Both the position numbers and the translations under genes were made by a program. 64,000 bases of DNA from Escherichia phage PBECO4. Position 1 is the stretch's first letter. Every line of letters starts with the position of its first letter. The stretch is from sequence record KC295538; one strand, given 5' to 3'. The notes beneath the pieces were generated by a model. It had not been told where the DNA came from and searched no databases. It was given only the letters and a program-made list of their open reading frames with translations. Positions 44,544 through 53,809 of the stretch are shown here, piece by piece.

Positions 44544-44887
44544 TCCTCCGGTATCTTGTTTCGAAGTTCAATCATAACACAACATAGTTTAATGAACAAG
44601 TAAAAAACTACACATATCATACCCAATGTACCGTAAACTGCGGAAAATGCGGGTAGTACCTTTCCTGTGAGTGTTGCCACAATACATGCCATCAATGTTG
44701 ATGCAAACATCGATTGATTAATGACAGAATTCATAAAATCTTCACCTTTACGTTTATAGAATTGTCTTTTAAAATACCATCCTAGAAACATAACTACCCA
44801 AAATGTTACATAAGTTGTTAAAATAATCCCTGCAAGTGAATGTGCAACTGGACTACTCCTTAAAAACTCAAGATAAGCTTCAAACAT
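44540..44887 (-). CDS. small integral membrane protein, family C paralog
   Basis: Hydrophobic; tail ..LRNKIPEE. Confidence 0.55.
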   Translation of the reverse strand: MFEAYLEFLRSSPVAHSLAGIILTTYVTFWVVMFLGWYFKRQFYKRKGEDFMNSVINQSMFASTLMACIVATLTGKVLPAFSAVYGTLGMICVVFYLFIKLCCVMIELRNKIPEE

Positions 44888-45225
44888 TAGAAGTCTCCGC
44901 GAATTTTATCTCTACCATGAATAATGAGATGGATTAAGTATACACCTAACCAAATGAACAACCCCAAGAATACAATATATTGTGAGATTGAGTTCAAGTG
45001 AGGATTAGCACAATAAATTAAGTGTGCCATAAGACCAACAATTGCAAACAAACCTTGAACAAGTGTGTAAAGAATTAGTGATGAATTCCTTACTGGATAC
45101 AGTTTAAAAACAATTTTCTTTTTAAAATACCATAGTACTACAACTAGTGCATGATAAAAGAAAAAACCAAAAAGATAAATCAAAGTAATACTAATCATTG
45201 TATCTGATTTAAAAAATTCTAACAT
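44887..45225 (-). CDS. small integral membrane protein, family C paralog
   Basis: Hydrophobic; tail ..GRDKIRGDF. Confidence 0.55.
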   Translation of the reverse strand: MLEFFKSDTMISITLIYLFGFFFYHALVVVLWYFKKKIVFKLYPVRNSSLILYTLVQGLFAIVGLMAHLIYCANPHLNSISQYIVFLGLFIWLGVYLIHLIIHGRDKIRGDF

Positions 45226-45290
45226 TGGAAATCCTCTGATATTAAACTTCTGTTATAGTACTACACGTTGTTAGTACTGTCAATATTGAA

Positions 45291-46061
45291 TTAAATTTTT
45301 TCAAGGAACAAGTTTTCGCACTGTTCTTCCCAATCGTATGGGTTGTTGTTATATACTGCCGAAATCAACAGTGGCATACGCAGTGAAGGTGAACGAAGAG
45401 AATCTTCGTGCTTCAACATCCAGTTCAGAATTGCTTTACTACCATTACGGTTAATACCCTTAGATTCTAAAATGTTAGTCTTATTCATCACGTTCTCAAT
45501 GTGAATCATGATATCGCTTTTGGTCTGAATCTGTAAGTCAACGTATACAGAACGAGACATAAGAGCAGCATAGTGAGCAGACATTTTCGTTTTAGCTTTA
45601 GAATCTAATGCTAAATCTTTGTTAGTAATGAATACAATACGACCGTTGAAATCAAAGCTGTTAGGGATACCGTTGGTGCTCAGGTACTTAGAGCTAGTCA
45701 TATAAGACACGGTACGCTTACCACTATCTAGTACTGCTTTGAGCAGGTTCATACCGTCTTCTGAATCAAAGATGCTGTCCATATCATCCAGTACTAATAC
45801 GTTGGTGCTATGACGATTCTTGTACAGAACTTCGTACAGAGCCAGAGTAGTCATTTTACCACTGATGGTAGCTACGTTCCATTCTGCTGCGTCATGAGCT
45901 TTCTGGAGGCGTTTAGACAGGGTGTAAGTCTTACCAACACCAGGAGCACCACTGACAACCATACTTTTTACAGTACTGCTATCGTCGAGCAAACACTCAA
46001 GAGCAACCATCATGGAGTTGAAGTTTTTCTGAATTTGAATGCTACGTGCTTCTCTGGTCAT
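45291..46061 (-). CDS. P-loop NTPase (Walker A/B ATPase)
   Basis: Walker A GAPGVGKT and Walker B-like VLVLDDMD; promoter with TTGACT-hairpin unit upstream. Confidence 0.65.
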   Translation of the reverse strand: MTREARSIQIQKNFNSMMVALECLLDDSSTVKSMVVSGAPGVGKTYTLSKRLQKAHDAAEWNVATISGKMTTLALYEVLYKNRHSTNVLVLDDMDSIFDSEDGMNLLKAVLDSGKRTVSYMTSSKYLSTNGIPNSFDFNGRIVFITNKDLALDSKAKTKMSAHYAALMSRSVYVDLQIQTKSDIMIHIENVMNKTNILESKGINRNGSKAILNWMLKHEDSLRSPSLRMPLLISAVYNNNPYDWEEQCENLFLEKI

Positions 46062-46096
46062 TTCGTTATCCTCATCAGTTGATGAAATAATTATAG

Positions 46097-46125
46097 CAAA
46101 AAGGGCTGACCGAAGTCAACCCTTT
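46097..46125. terminator. TTGACT-containing hairpin element (copy 5), TATAAT follows on minus strand
   Basis: aaaaagggctgaccgaagtcaaccctttttat; minus strand gggTTGACTtcggtcagccctttttgcTATAAT. Confidence 0.55.
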
Positions 46126-46236
46126 TTATAAACATATTTAATACACACAATTACCCATATCAATATTTTTACCATTATAGGTAATAATATATTTTATCTT
46201 ATTAGGTTTAATAACAAAAACTTTTAATTTTTGTAT

Positions 46237-46464
46237 TCAATTTATCATTTGAAAAATAGTATACGAACCACTTCCATCTTTAAATACTTCTTGACTTTCA
46301 AACATAAACTTCTTTCCATCTATTTTTGCTGTTTGTGTTGTTACATCCAAATACAAATTGTAGATAGTGTCAGTTTTTGTGGATTTACATGTTGTTGATG
46401 CTTCAGTTTTTGCATTCACTGTTGTTGATAAACACATTAACAAAACTAACATTAACTTTTTCAT
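46237..46464 (-). CDS. small secreted protein (signal peptide)
   Basis: MKKLMLVLLMCLSTTVNA. Confidence 0.6.
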   Translation of the reverse strand: MKKLMLVLLMCLSTTVNAKTEASTTCKSTKTDTIYNLYLDVTTQTAKIDGKKFMFESQEVFKDGSGSYTIFQMIN

Positions 46465-46484
46465 TTTAATTAACCTCTTTTGTT

Positions 46485-47624
46485 TTACAAAATTACTTCA
46501 CCAAAAATACCATTGATATCACGTTCAATGATGTATTCACCTTCATGTTCAGCTAAGAACTTTTTAATGGCTTCGTTAACTTTAGGACGATGAATGTTGT
46601 TGAATGTTTCAGTGCAACCATCTCCCTTTTCATAATAACCTTTATTATATAGTTTACCACATAACGCAATTGTATGTATTATTATTTCCAATTCTCTAGC
46701 AAGTTTCCCACCCACATTCTTATGAAATAAAATGGAAATTTCATTACTCCAAAAATTATCTACTTTATATATTTTTTTATAAGATAAGTTTTGTGGACTT
46801 AATCTTGCTTTAATAGTTTTGTTTGTAATACCAGCTTTATCCGAATTTTTTGCATAATCATTGTGAATATAAAATCTTCCAGGCTTGGAAGTTTTAAATC
46901 CTTTTACTGCACACGTGGGACAACCAGAACCAGACAGATGTGAATTTGGTGTTTGTTGAAATTCACCATGTTCTTTGCATATTATAATAGAGGTTACTTG
47001 GTTGTTAATGTAGTCATATAAAGAATAATCATACTTATTTCCGTGTATAAGATGTGATTTTTTTATAAATTCACCTAAAGTTTGTTTTAAAGTTTGTTTC
47101 GTGCATTCTTGACAACCAATTTTACCAGTAGCTAAGTCAGTAATTGTGGGTTTTTTTATATCACCACAATCATTACATACTACTTCAATTTTAGTTCTAC
47201 TAGGAAGTGTAGAGTTAAACGAAGTTATTCCACTATAAGTAAATTTATCATAACCATATTTTTTGTTGATGACACTAATATGATTAATGGTGTAATATGG
47301 AATATTAATAATATTGTAAAAAATCTTCCCATTAAATCCCTGCCTAATAAAATTCGTGCAGGTGGCTCCAATAACTAACATACCATCGTTATTCACTACA
47401 AGTTTGGTTTTTGATTTAGATATATAATCTTGTGATCTATTGATATAGAATCCAAGAACTCTTGGATCATTTATTTCACCCATAATACTAATAGGATCTT
47501 GAGCAATGTTGGATTTTTTTACAAAATTTATATCTTCGGCTTTCATCCACTCAAAAAGCATTCCATGCTCTTCATAAAAATAAACTTTTTCACCATCTTC
47601 ATTAAAATAGTACTGTTCAAACAT
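46485..47624 (-). CDS. Cys-rich protein with putative zinc-binding motifs (possible nuclease-like; function unknown)
   Basis: CNDCGD...GCQEC and CKEHGEF..HLSGSGCPTC clusters in 379 aa. Confidence 0.5.
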   Translation of the reverse strand: MFEQYYFNEDGEKVYFYEEHGMLFEWMKAEDINFVKKSNIAQDPISIMGEINDPRVLGFYINRSQDYISKSKTKLVVNNDGMLVIGATCTNFIRQGFNGKIFYNIINIPYYTINHISVINKKYGYDKFTYSGITSFNSTLPSRTKIEVVCNDCGDIKKPTITDLATGKIGCQECTKQTLKQTLGEFIKKSHLIHGNKYDYSLYDYINNQVTSIIICKEHGEFQQTPNSHLSGSGCPTCAVKGFKTSKPGRFYIHNDYAKNSDKAGITNKTIKARLSPQNLSYKKIYKVDNFWSNEISILFHKNVGGKLARELEIIIHTIALCGKLYNKGYYEKGDGCTETFNNIHRPKVNEAIKKFLAEHEGEYIIERDINGIFGEVIL

Positions 47625-47853
47625 TACTTAAAACTCCTTTCCAGTACTGAACCCGTCCAGCACCATTAATCTTAGCTTGAATCTTATCTTTTTCGACAAG
47701 ACCTTCTTTGAAATCTATGGACGTATTATCGCACTTAATTACATCTAAGTCAAGTACTTCTTGTGTACTTAATGAAGTATTATCTGCAATTTGTTGTAAA
47801 GTAATTACATCAGTACCGAAGAATTCAGCTAATCGTATAAAAGATAGTTTCAT
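47617..47853 (-). CDS. hypothetical protein
   Basis: Track ORF; overlaps downstream gene start. Confidence 0.55.
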   Translation of the reverse strand: MKLSFIRLAEFFGTDVITLQQIADNTSLSTQEVLDLDVIKCDNTSIDFKEGLVEKDKIQAKINGAGRVQYWKGVLSNV

Positions 47854-47887
47854 TTGTTACCTCTTGTGTTGATGAAATAATTATAGC

Positions 47888-47915
47888 AAAAAGGGCTGAC
47901 CGAAGTCAACCCTTT
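47888..47915. terminator. TTGACT-containing hairpin element (copy 6)
   Basis: aagggctgaccgaagtcaacccttt. Confidence 0.5.
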
Positions 47916-47918
47916 ATG

Positions 47919-48278
47919 TTATTCTAATTCACTCATAGTACTAATAGTTAATCCCATTTCTTCTGCAATGTTGCATAACAGACCAACTGCATTGCGAAGA
48001 ATATCAGTGTTATCCACCGAGAATGATGAGTTTTCATTTACCGTTGAAGACTCAATGTAGTACTCAAAATAACGAGAAGTTGAACGCACAACTTTAACAC
48101 CTTCATACTTCTGTAGTTCAGAGTTGATACGCTCGATGAGCGAATCTTCCAGTACTCGATAGTCACCATTCATTCCACGTTTCCATCCATCAGCAGGACG
48201 GAAATAAAAAGTTTTTGTACGTTGAATTGTTGAGATTGTTAGTGGGTTGTATTCCGCGATTTCACTTAAAGATGCCAT
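47919..48278 (-). CDS. hypothetical protein
   Basis: Track ORF. Confidence 0.55.
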   Translation of the reverse strand: MASLSEIAEYNPLTISTIQRTKTFYFRPADGWKRGMNGDYRVLEDSLIERINSELQKYEGVKVVRSTSRYFEYYIESSTVNENSSFSVDNTDILRNAVGLLCNIAEEMGLTISTMSELE

Positions 48279-48340
48279 ATTGTATTCCTCATTTTCTTTG
48301 TTACATGATACTGAAAGATAAAACTGGTGTCAATGTTTTT

Positions 48341-48775
48341 TTAGATCATAGAACGATAATACTCAGGTAACTCAACATCAGTAAATTTATACCACTTAGG
48401 CTTCATCTGGAGCTTCTCAATCAAACGCTCACGAGAGGTTTTAATTTCTGATTCAGATGGTACGTAATCATTACAAAACTCAGCAGGGAAGCTGCTAATG
48501 TCGTTTACTTCAGTGTTTTGAATCTTCATACCACGACGCAAACATTCGTTGACAATATCGATATGACGCTTCTGTAAGTACAGCAACTTGTCGTAAAAGA
48601 ATGTCACATGACCTGAACCCAACAGATAAGTACTGTTAATTTTGAAATCACGTACACGCTTACGTGCTTGAACGTGTTTTTGTACAGCACCAAATACACG
48701 TGGGAGTTCACGATATTCAGCCATCAGGTGTTGGTCAGCAAGTTCTTTAACGTGTACTAAGTTAATGCGTGTCAT
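48341..48775 (-). CDS. denV: endonuclease V (pyrimidine dimer DNA glycosylase/AP lyase), T4 DenV homolog
   Basis: N-terminus [27 protein letters not shown] and [10 protein letters not shown] segment match T4 endonuclease V as I recall it; similar length. Confidence 0.85.
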   Translation of the reverse strand: MTRINLVHVKELADQHLMAEYRELPRVFGAVQKHVQARKRVRDFKINSTYLLGSGHVTFFYDKLLYLQKRHIDIVNECLRRGMKIQNTEVNDISSFPAEFCNDYVPSESEIKTSRERLIEKLQMKPKWYKFTDVELPEYYRSMI

Positions 48776-48822
48776 GTATTCATCCTCTCGTTTCGATGAA
48801 ATGATTATAGCAAAAAGGGCTG

Positions 48823-48850
48823 ACCGAAGTCAACCCTTTTCTTTATTCAA
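48823..48850. terminator. TTGACT-containing hairpin element (copy 7)
   Basis: aaaaagggctgaccgaagtcaaccctttt. Confidence 0.5.
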
Positions 48851-49112
48851 TGATCCCCAACTTCACAATCTCATACCCGTCCAGATAGCCATATGAACAC
48901 TCAGGAGTTTCATAGGATGAACCATCATGGATACCCTGGCATTGACTTTTAGAATTCTCAAGAAGTCGTTGCAGTACTGATACGTCCTCAAGAACGTAAC
49001 ACAAGGATACATCTGGGTCTTCCACGATACAGTACTCCAACATATCAAACGTATCAATCGAAATTTCAACCTTGGCAAATCGTTTCTTTTCTTTATTATA
49101 CAGTGCGTACAT
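48843..49112 (-). CDS. hypothetical protein
   Basis: Track ORF 48843..49130 trimmed to MYALYNKEKK.. Confidence 0.5.
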   Translation of the reverse strand: MYALYNKEKKRFAKVEISIDTFDMLEYCIVEDPDVSLCYVLEDVSVLQRLLENSKSQCQGIHDGSSYETPECSYGYLDGYEIVKLGIIE

Positions 49113-49113
49113 A

Positions 49114-49485
49114 TTAATCTCCATAATCAAGTTTAACTAACTTACCACCCAGATACCCAAAGTTTTCTGGCTTCACATCTGAATAGAAGAAGTCAGTACT
49201 TAACTCTGAATTTAATGCTAAAGCACACAACTCCACCCAAAATAAACCCCTATGTTGCACTGGCTTACAACGTTTCTGTACTGTTATTAAACCAGTGCAT
49301 GATGACCACAAAGTAGGGCAGATACCACTATCACTACGATTGGAGTACTGCATCCATGAACGTTCATTGAGGTTAGCTATCATTCCAGTTAGGAATAACT
49401 TCCAGCTTTTGAAGGTTGGAATCTTAATAGCGTATTCCCCAATGAGGATAACAGTTCGGGTTGCACCTTTCAAGTCTATGTTCAT
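49114..49485 (-). CDS. minimal protein kinase-like protein
   Basis: YAIKIP (VAIK-like), DVKPENFG (catalytic loop-like), KLDYGD (DFG-like). Confidence 0.5.
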   Translation of the reverse strand: MNIDLKGATRTVILIGEYAIKIPTFKSWKLFLTGMIANLNERSWMQYSNRSDSGICPTLWSSCTGLITVQKRCKPVQHRGLFWVELCALALNSELSTDFFYSDVKPENFGYLGGKLVKLDYGD

Positions 49486-49487
49486 AT

Positions 49488-49664
49488 TAATAAGAATCAG
49501 ATTCCCAGTACTCGATTGCTTCTTTCAGCAATTCTTTAGCACGTTGTTTTGCAATGCGAGCGGGAAACTGATATGTGTACATTAACTGACGCTTCACTTC
49601 ATTCAGTGAAAGCTGTTCATGGTACAGTGCATCCATCAGTCGATTACGAGTACGTAGTTTCATA
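49488..49664 (-). CDS. hypothetical small protein (58 aa)
   Basis: Own translation MKLRTRNRLMDALYHEQLSL.. Confidence 0.35.
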
Positions 49665-49674
49665 TAAGTTATCC

Positions 49675-50229
49675 TTATTTCAAAGAATCATAGTAAGCAG
49701 TGTCAAAGATTGGAGTCATAATAACATAGTCAATACGGTCAATGTAAGTTGAACTCCACATTTCTGGTTTGTCATATAACTGACGCTCGCGTTCATTCAT
49801 ACGAGTCAGTACTTCTTCCAATTTACTACGTGAATCCATCAATGTATTACTCGAACCATAAGTGAAGTACTCAGTCCAATGATATTCATATTCAGTACTG
49901 ATAGATTGAATAGTACCATCTTTGAAATGAGCTAAGGCATAACCTTTCTCTACAAAGTTATCAGGTGGAAGAACACCATCTGGATTAGTTTTCAATGCTT
50001 GTGCTAACTTTTCTTTAATTTCAGTTAACGTGCATACTGAACGAATGTTCTTCAGGTTTGATACTTGAAAATCACTGTACTTTCCAAAGAAAAATACACG
50101 CCAATCTTTAGGTTCATTATCAGATACGGTAGCATCAGGGTGATGGGCGAGTAAACGAAGAAGGCCAGCTTTGTGACCGTTAATGTAGATTTCATGGATG
50201 TGGTTAGCAGTTTTCTTAAAAGTAATCAT
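49675..50229 (-). CDS. hypothetical protein (184 aa)
   Basis: Track ORF. Confidence 0.6.
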   Translation of the reverse strand: MITFKKTANHIHEIYINGHKAGLLRLLAHHPDATVSDNEPKDWRVFFFGKYSDFQVSNLKNIRSVCTLTEIKEKLAQALKTNPDGVLPPDNFVEKGYALAHFKDGTIQSISTEYEYHWTEYFTYGSSNTLMDSRSKLEEVLTRMNERERQLYDKPEMWSSTYIDRIDYVIMTPIFDTAYYDSLK

Positions 50230-50305
50230 GGTAGTTCCTCGATTGTAGGGATGAGAAGTTCATCCCCTTGATAAGCATTATACAGTACTGAATGTGTTTG
50301 TCAAC

Positions 50306-50701
50306 TCAAAATAAATTCATTTCATGTGCGTATTGTGGTTCAAGATAAGATAAGTTTTTGAAACTGTCTTTCAATTCTGCATCATCTACGTACACAGTAC
50401 CAGGTACATTCCCCATAGTGAAGCCAACCCAAACAGTCATGTTTCCAGTTCCTAAGCGGGGCATTGATAGCGTCCCGTCAGGTGAAACATCAAACGCTAC
50501 ACTAAAGTCATCCGTTACAACTTCCGAACCATTTTCCAGAATAATACAACCACGTTCTTTAAGCTTCTGAATGTGGATAGCAGCCTCTACAGCACGTTTA
50601 AAGTTATAATAAGACTCTTTATCCTCGAACATTGATTGTTTAACCAGACGCTTGTTTAGCTCGGTTACTTTGTGCATTTGACGCATTACTTCAACTCCCA
50701 C
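50306..50701 (-). CDS. hypothetical protein
   Basis: Track ORF. Confidence 0.55.
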   Translation of the reverse strand: MGVEVMRQMHKVTELNKRLVKQSMFEDKESYYNFKRAVEAAIHIQKLKERGCIILENGSEVVTDDFSVAFDVSPDGTLSMPRLGTGNMTVWVGFTMGNVPGTVYVDDAELKDSFKNLSYLEPQYAHEMNLF

Positions 50702-50940
50702 AGTTGTAGAATTTCATAAGAGCCTGGTGGTGCTGGATTGATAATCTCAGGGTATTCAGTACTGTTAGGATTACCACCAGCATTGAACTCAGCAAGTAAT
50801 AATTCGAGTTCATTCCTATCATGTACAACAAACACGCAATATCCAGTTCCTTCTTCAAGAACTGTAGTTGACCCCGCACAATCCCATACGGTATCAATAC
50901 ATAATAATTCTTTAGTGTTTTTATTACGCAACGCAAACAT
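50686..50940 (-). CDS. hypothetical protein
   Basis: Track ORF; preferred over overlapping 50691..50993. Confidence 0.5.
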   Translation of the reverse strand: MFALRNKNTKELLCIDTVWDCAGSTTVLEEGTGYCVFVVHDRNELELLLAEFNAGGNPNSTEYPEIINPAPPGSYEILQLWELK

Positions 50941-50949
50941 ATATGTCTC

Positions 50950-51294
50950 CTATCGATTCGGCATATTCTTTCGTAGTCGCAAGAGAAATTCAACCACTGA
51001 CCATGTTGTAATGAAGGCTATATAAGTTGCAAGGAATCCAGTAAGAATAAATGCAACCAGCGTACTACCATTTGGGGAATCAGTTTTAATGCCGATGACA
51101 CCATCGGCTACAGTGAAACATGTAGCCATTAATGTGTAACCTACGTACAACACAAAGAAAAACTCATTCTCCATTGAAGGATAGAAACGGTTAAACACTT
51201 TATAAAATTTAAAGTACAGTAGGATTATACCAACAAAGGCATAGAATGTAAACAGTGTTGTTATAATATATGAGATTAGGTTCAAATTATACAT
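50950..51294 (-). CDS. small integral membrane protein, family C-like paralog
   Basis: Trimmed to MYNLNLISY..; tail ..LRKNMPNR. Confidence 0.55.
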   Translation of the reverse strand: MYNLNLISYIITTLFTFYAFVGIILLYFKFYKVFNRFYPSMENEFFFVLYVGYTLMATCFTVADGVIGIKTDSPNGSTLVAFILTGFLATYIAFITTWSVVEFLLRLRKNMPNR

Positions 51295-51295
51295 A

Positions 51296-51643
51296 TCAAC
51301 GCTCCGGTAGATTATCACGTAATGTTTTAATTCGATGATACATTTTCATACCAATATTACCAAAGATACCATATCCAAGTACTAAAATGTATGCAATAAG
51401 CATAGTAATAATTACTATAGTGCCAAAACTATAATGTACACTACTGATACCCATTGTAGTTTCAACGATTATTTGAGAAACTGAAAGAATCAAAAGTACA
51501 ACTACAATTGGATGATTTGGGTACATTCGGTTGAACAACGTTTTGTACTTAAAGAAGCACAGTACTCCACCGAATAAGAAGTAAACAATGTAAATGCAAG
51601 CAACAGCATAGGCAAACATGTTAGTGTAATAAATCATTACCAA
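51296..51643 (-). CDS. small integral membrane protein, family C-like paralog
   Basis: Hydrophobic; tail ..LRDNLPER. Confidence 0.55.
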   Translation of the reverse strand: MVMIYYTNMFAYAVACIYIVYFLFGGVLCFFKYKTLFNRMYPNHPIVVVLLILSVSQIIVETTMGISSVHYSFGTIVIITMLIAYILVLGYGIFGNIGMKMYHRIKTLRDNLPER

Positions 51644-51646
51644 TCC

Positions 51647-51985
51647 TTACTTTTCAGGGATATTAGAACGCCATATATCAATGCGATGAACTAGTCCAAA
51701 GAACAACCATACTGGAACGGCAGCTATCATAACAACAAATGAAAACCCAGTCAAGACCGATACCAGATTTAATTCATCAGTACTATACCCACATATCAGT
51801 ACTTCTAATATTCCCCACGTACATGCACAAAACATCAAGAATGAAATTGGGGCATCATAGTAGATACGTTCATATAAAGTAGTGTATCGGAAGAATGCAA
51901 TAATGTAGCAAAACATATAATACACCCAAACCAAAGATACTACATAAAATGATACTTTGTTTATTAATTCAAAATATTGTTCCAT
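51647..51985 (-). CDS. small integral membrane protein, family C-like paralog
   Basis: Hydrophobic; tail ..WRSNIPEK. Confidence 0.55.
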   Translation of the reverse strand: MEQYFELINKVSFYVVSLVWVYYMFCYIIAFFRYTTLYERIYYDAPISFLMFCACTWGILEVLICGYSTDELNLVSVLTGFSFVVMIAAVPVWLFFGLVHRIDIWRSNIPEK

Positions 51986-51987
51986 TT

Positions 51988-52269
51988 TTACCCCAATATA
52001 TATTCAGAGAGTAATGTATTAGCTTCATCTTTGTTCTTAAGGTAATACATGTAATATAGATTCGGTTCACCATCTTTAGCACTCAAATCGAAGTACTTTA
52101 AACTATGTACTTTCATAGTAAAAACAAATAATGACTTAAAACCAATCTCACCGTACTTAATAAACAGTTCATCCAAATGAATGTAACTTTTTGATTTGGA
52201 TAATTCTTTAACGTCTGCATCAATTTCAGATAAAAGATGCTTACCTATTAAGTTTTCAAATGAACGCAT
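51988..52269 (-). CDS. hypothetical protein
   Basis: Track ORF. Confidence 0.55.
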   Translation of the reverse strand: MRSFENLIGKHLLSEIDADVKELSKSKSYIHLDELFIKYGEIGFKSLFVFTMKVHSLKYFDLSAKDGEPNLYYMYYLKNKDEANTLLSEYILG

Positions 52270-52331
52270 GATTTTTATCCTTTACCGCAATTTTTATGGT
52301 TTATTAAGAATACACCAGAATATCAGTTCTG

Positions 52332-52973
52332 TCAATAAAAAACTGGATCTTCTTCAGTAATTGGTATTTCTCTACGTACATCACACGAAAGAGGATCAGT
52401 AATGAATACATTCCCATCTTTATCCATCATCACATTACTTGAATGAATGTCTGGTACAAAACGCCCGTGAAACTCTTTCATGATGTTAGCAGCGACCGTC
52501 GCAATAGCAATCTCTTCAGAATTTCCACGCATATCATTCACTGAAGTAGCGTACTGACCAGCATGTGCATAAGAATATAAATCTCCAATTTTAGTACTAA
52601 CAAAGTCATCATAATTATTTTTTTGTTTAATTATAGGATAGTACTTGTCCATCTCATACCATCCAAAGTTTCCTTGTTCGTTTGCACTGTAGATCACTGG
52701 AAGAAACTTGGTTCCTGCGTTTTCAATGCAGTACTTTGCATAAGCACGAAAACCATCCCAGCGTGAAGTGGTTACTTTAAATGCACGCCCAGGATAGTTT
52801 TTATGTTCAACTACTACAGAGTACATCCCCATTCCAAGCAAAGTAAGTCCAGCAGCTTTAACTTGTGGAAAGATTACGCGTTCAGCATAAGGAATATCAA
52901 ACTCCATCGCACAACGAGTTTTTGATGGACGCAAAATGTCAATTAAAGTTTTGAATATTTCTTGCTTAGTCAT
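52332..52973 (-). CDS. atypical kinase-like protein (phosphotransferase fold)
   Basis: LGMGMYSVVV glycine loop-like, RAFKV lysine, DIHSSNVMMDKDGNVFITD resembling D.H..N...IID of APH/Kdo-kinase-type enzymes; start trimmed to MTKQEIF.. Confidence 0.45.
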   Translation of the reverse strand: MTKQEIFKTLIDILRPSKTRCAMEFDIPYAERVIFPQVKAAGLTLLGMGMYSVVVEHKNYPGRAFKVTTSRWDGFRAYAKYCIENAGTKFLPVIYSANEQGNFGWYEMDKYYPIIKQKNNYDDFVSTKIGDLYSYAHAGQYATSVNDMRGNSEEIAIATVAANIMKEFHGRFVPDIHSSNVMMDKDGNVFITDPLSCDVRREIPITEEDPVFY

Positions 52974-53010
52974 TACTTTATCCTCTGTAGTTAATATCAA
53001 CATCATAACA

Positions 53011-53037
53011 AAAAAGGCTGACCGAAGTCAACCCTTT
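53011..53037. terminator. TTGACT-containing hairpin element (copy 8)
   Basis: aaaaaaggctgaccgaagtcaaccctttt. Confidence 0.5.
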
Positions 53038-53042
53038 TATTA

Positions 53043-53489
53043 TCATTTACAGTTTTCTATAACTATTGCACGTTTTAGTATTTTACTTTCATAAACATAC
53101 TTAAGATGACCTTCTTCACGAATACGATTGAACACATATCCTAGTTTATCTTTTAGTACTGAAGCGGTATCAATGTCAAGATTAACTTCAACCCCTCCTG
53201 TTAATTTAACTTTATATGTAAAGCTAAAAGCATCACCAGATTCAACCAATGGGACTACTTGTTCATACGTATTCAACATAACTCGTTCATCATTAACTAA
53301 ATTATATATTACTATATCACAAGTTTTTACCCCAATTTCCTCTAATGTAGGAGCATTATCTACTATAACATCTTTTACTGTATTTGCAACCTGTTTAGCA
53401 TCTGCTGCATATACATTAAAACTAAAAAGTACTAAAATAATACTTAAAAAAATACTTTTTCTATTATATATCCTTATTTTATTTTACAT
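53043..53489 (-). pseudogene. signal-peptide protein interrupted by in-frame TAA at codon 2 (track ORF 53043..53279 is the downstream remnant)
   Basis: Minus strand ATG (53489..53487) TAA (53486..53484) then open frame NKIRIYNRKSIFLSIILVLFSFNVYAADAK.. continuous with MLNTYEQ.. at 53279. Confidence 0.4.
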
Positions 53490-53580
53490 GTCATATCGGG
53501 TTGTGCTGGTTTATTATTTTTAAACGGATTAGGTTTTTTATTCTTTCTTTTTATCTTTTAAAGGTTTTTTGTCTTCTTTT

Positions 53581-53799
53581 TTATTCTTTATCTTTGTCTT
53601 TTTTATTTTTATCAGGTTCAGAGGGAGTATTACATTGTGCTGGGGGTTGATTAGTTGGAGTACAGCTATTGTCTGATGGGAGTATTACTTCTTTACAATT
53701 GTAAAATAGTAAACTTTTATTTGTGGTTAAATTATGAAAACGATAGTTACGTTCATTATTATAATAAATTGTTTTAGTACTTTCAATGTCATTGCACAT
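53581..53799 (-). CDS. hypothetical protein
   Basis: Track ORF; K/D-rich tail. Confidence 0.45.
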   Translation of the reverse strand: MCNDIESTKTIYYNNERNYRFHNLTTNKSLLFYNCKEVILPSDNSCTPTNQPPAQCNTPSEPDKNKKDKDKE

Positions 53800-53809
53800 T
53801 GCTACTGAA

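Noticed and set aside
48863-49078. Track ORF 48863..49078
   Set aside because: Fully nested within 48843..49112 in another frame
50691-50993. Track ORF 50691..50993
   Set aside because: Overlaps 50686..50940 in another frame and runs into the next gene; judged a shadow ORF
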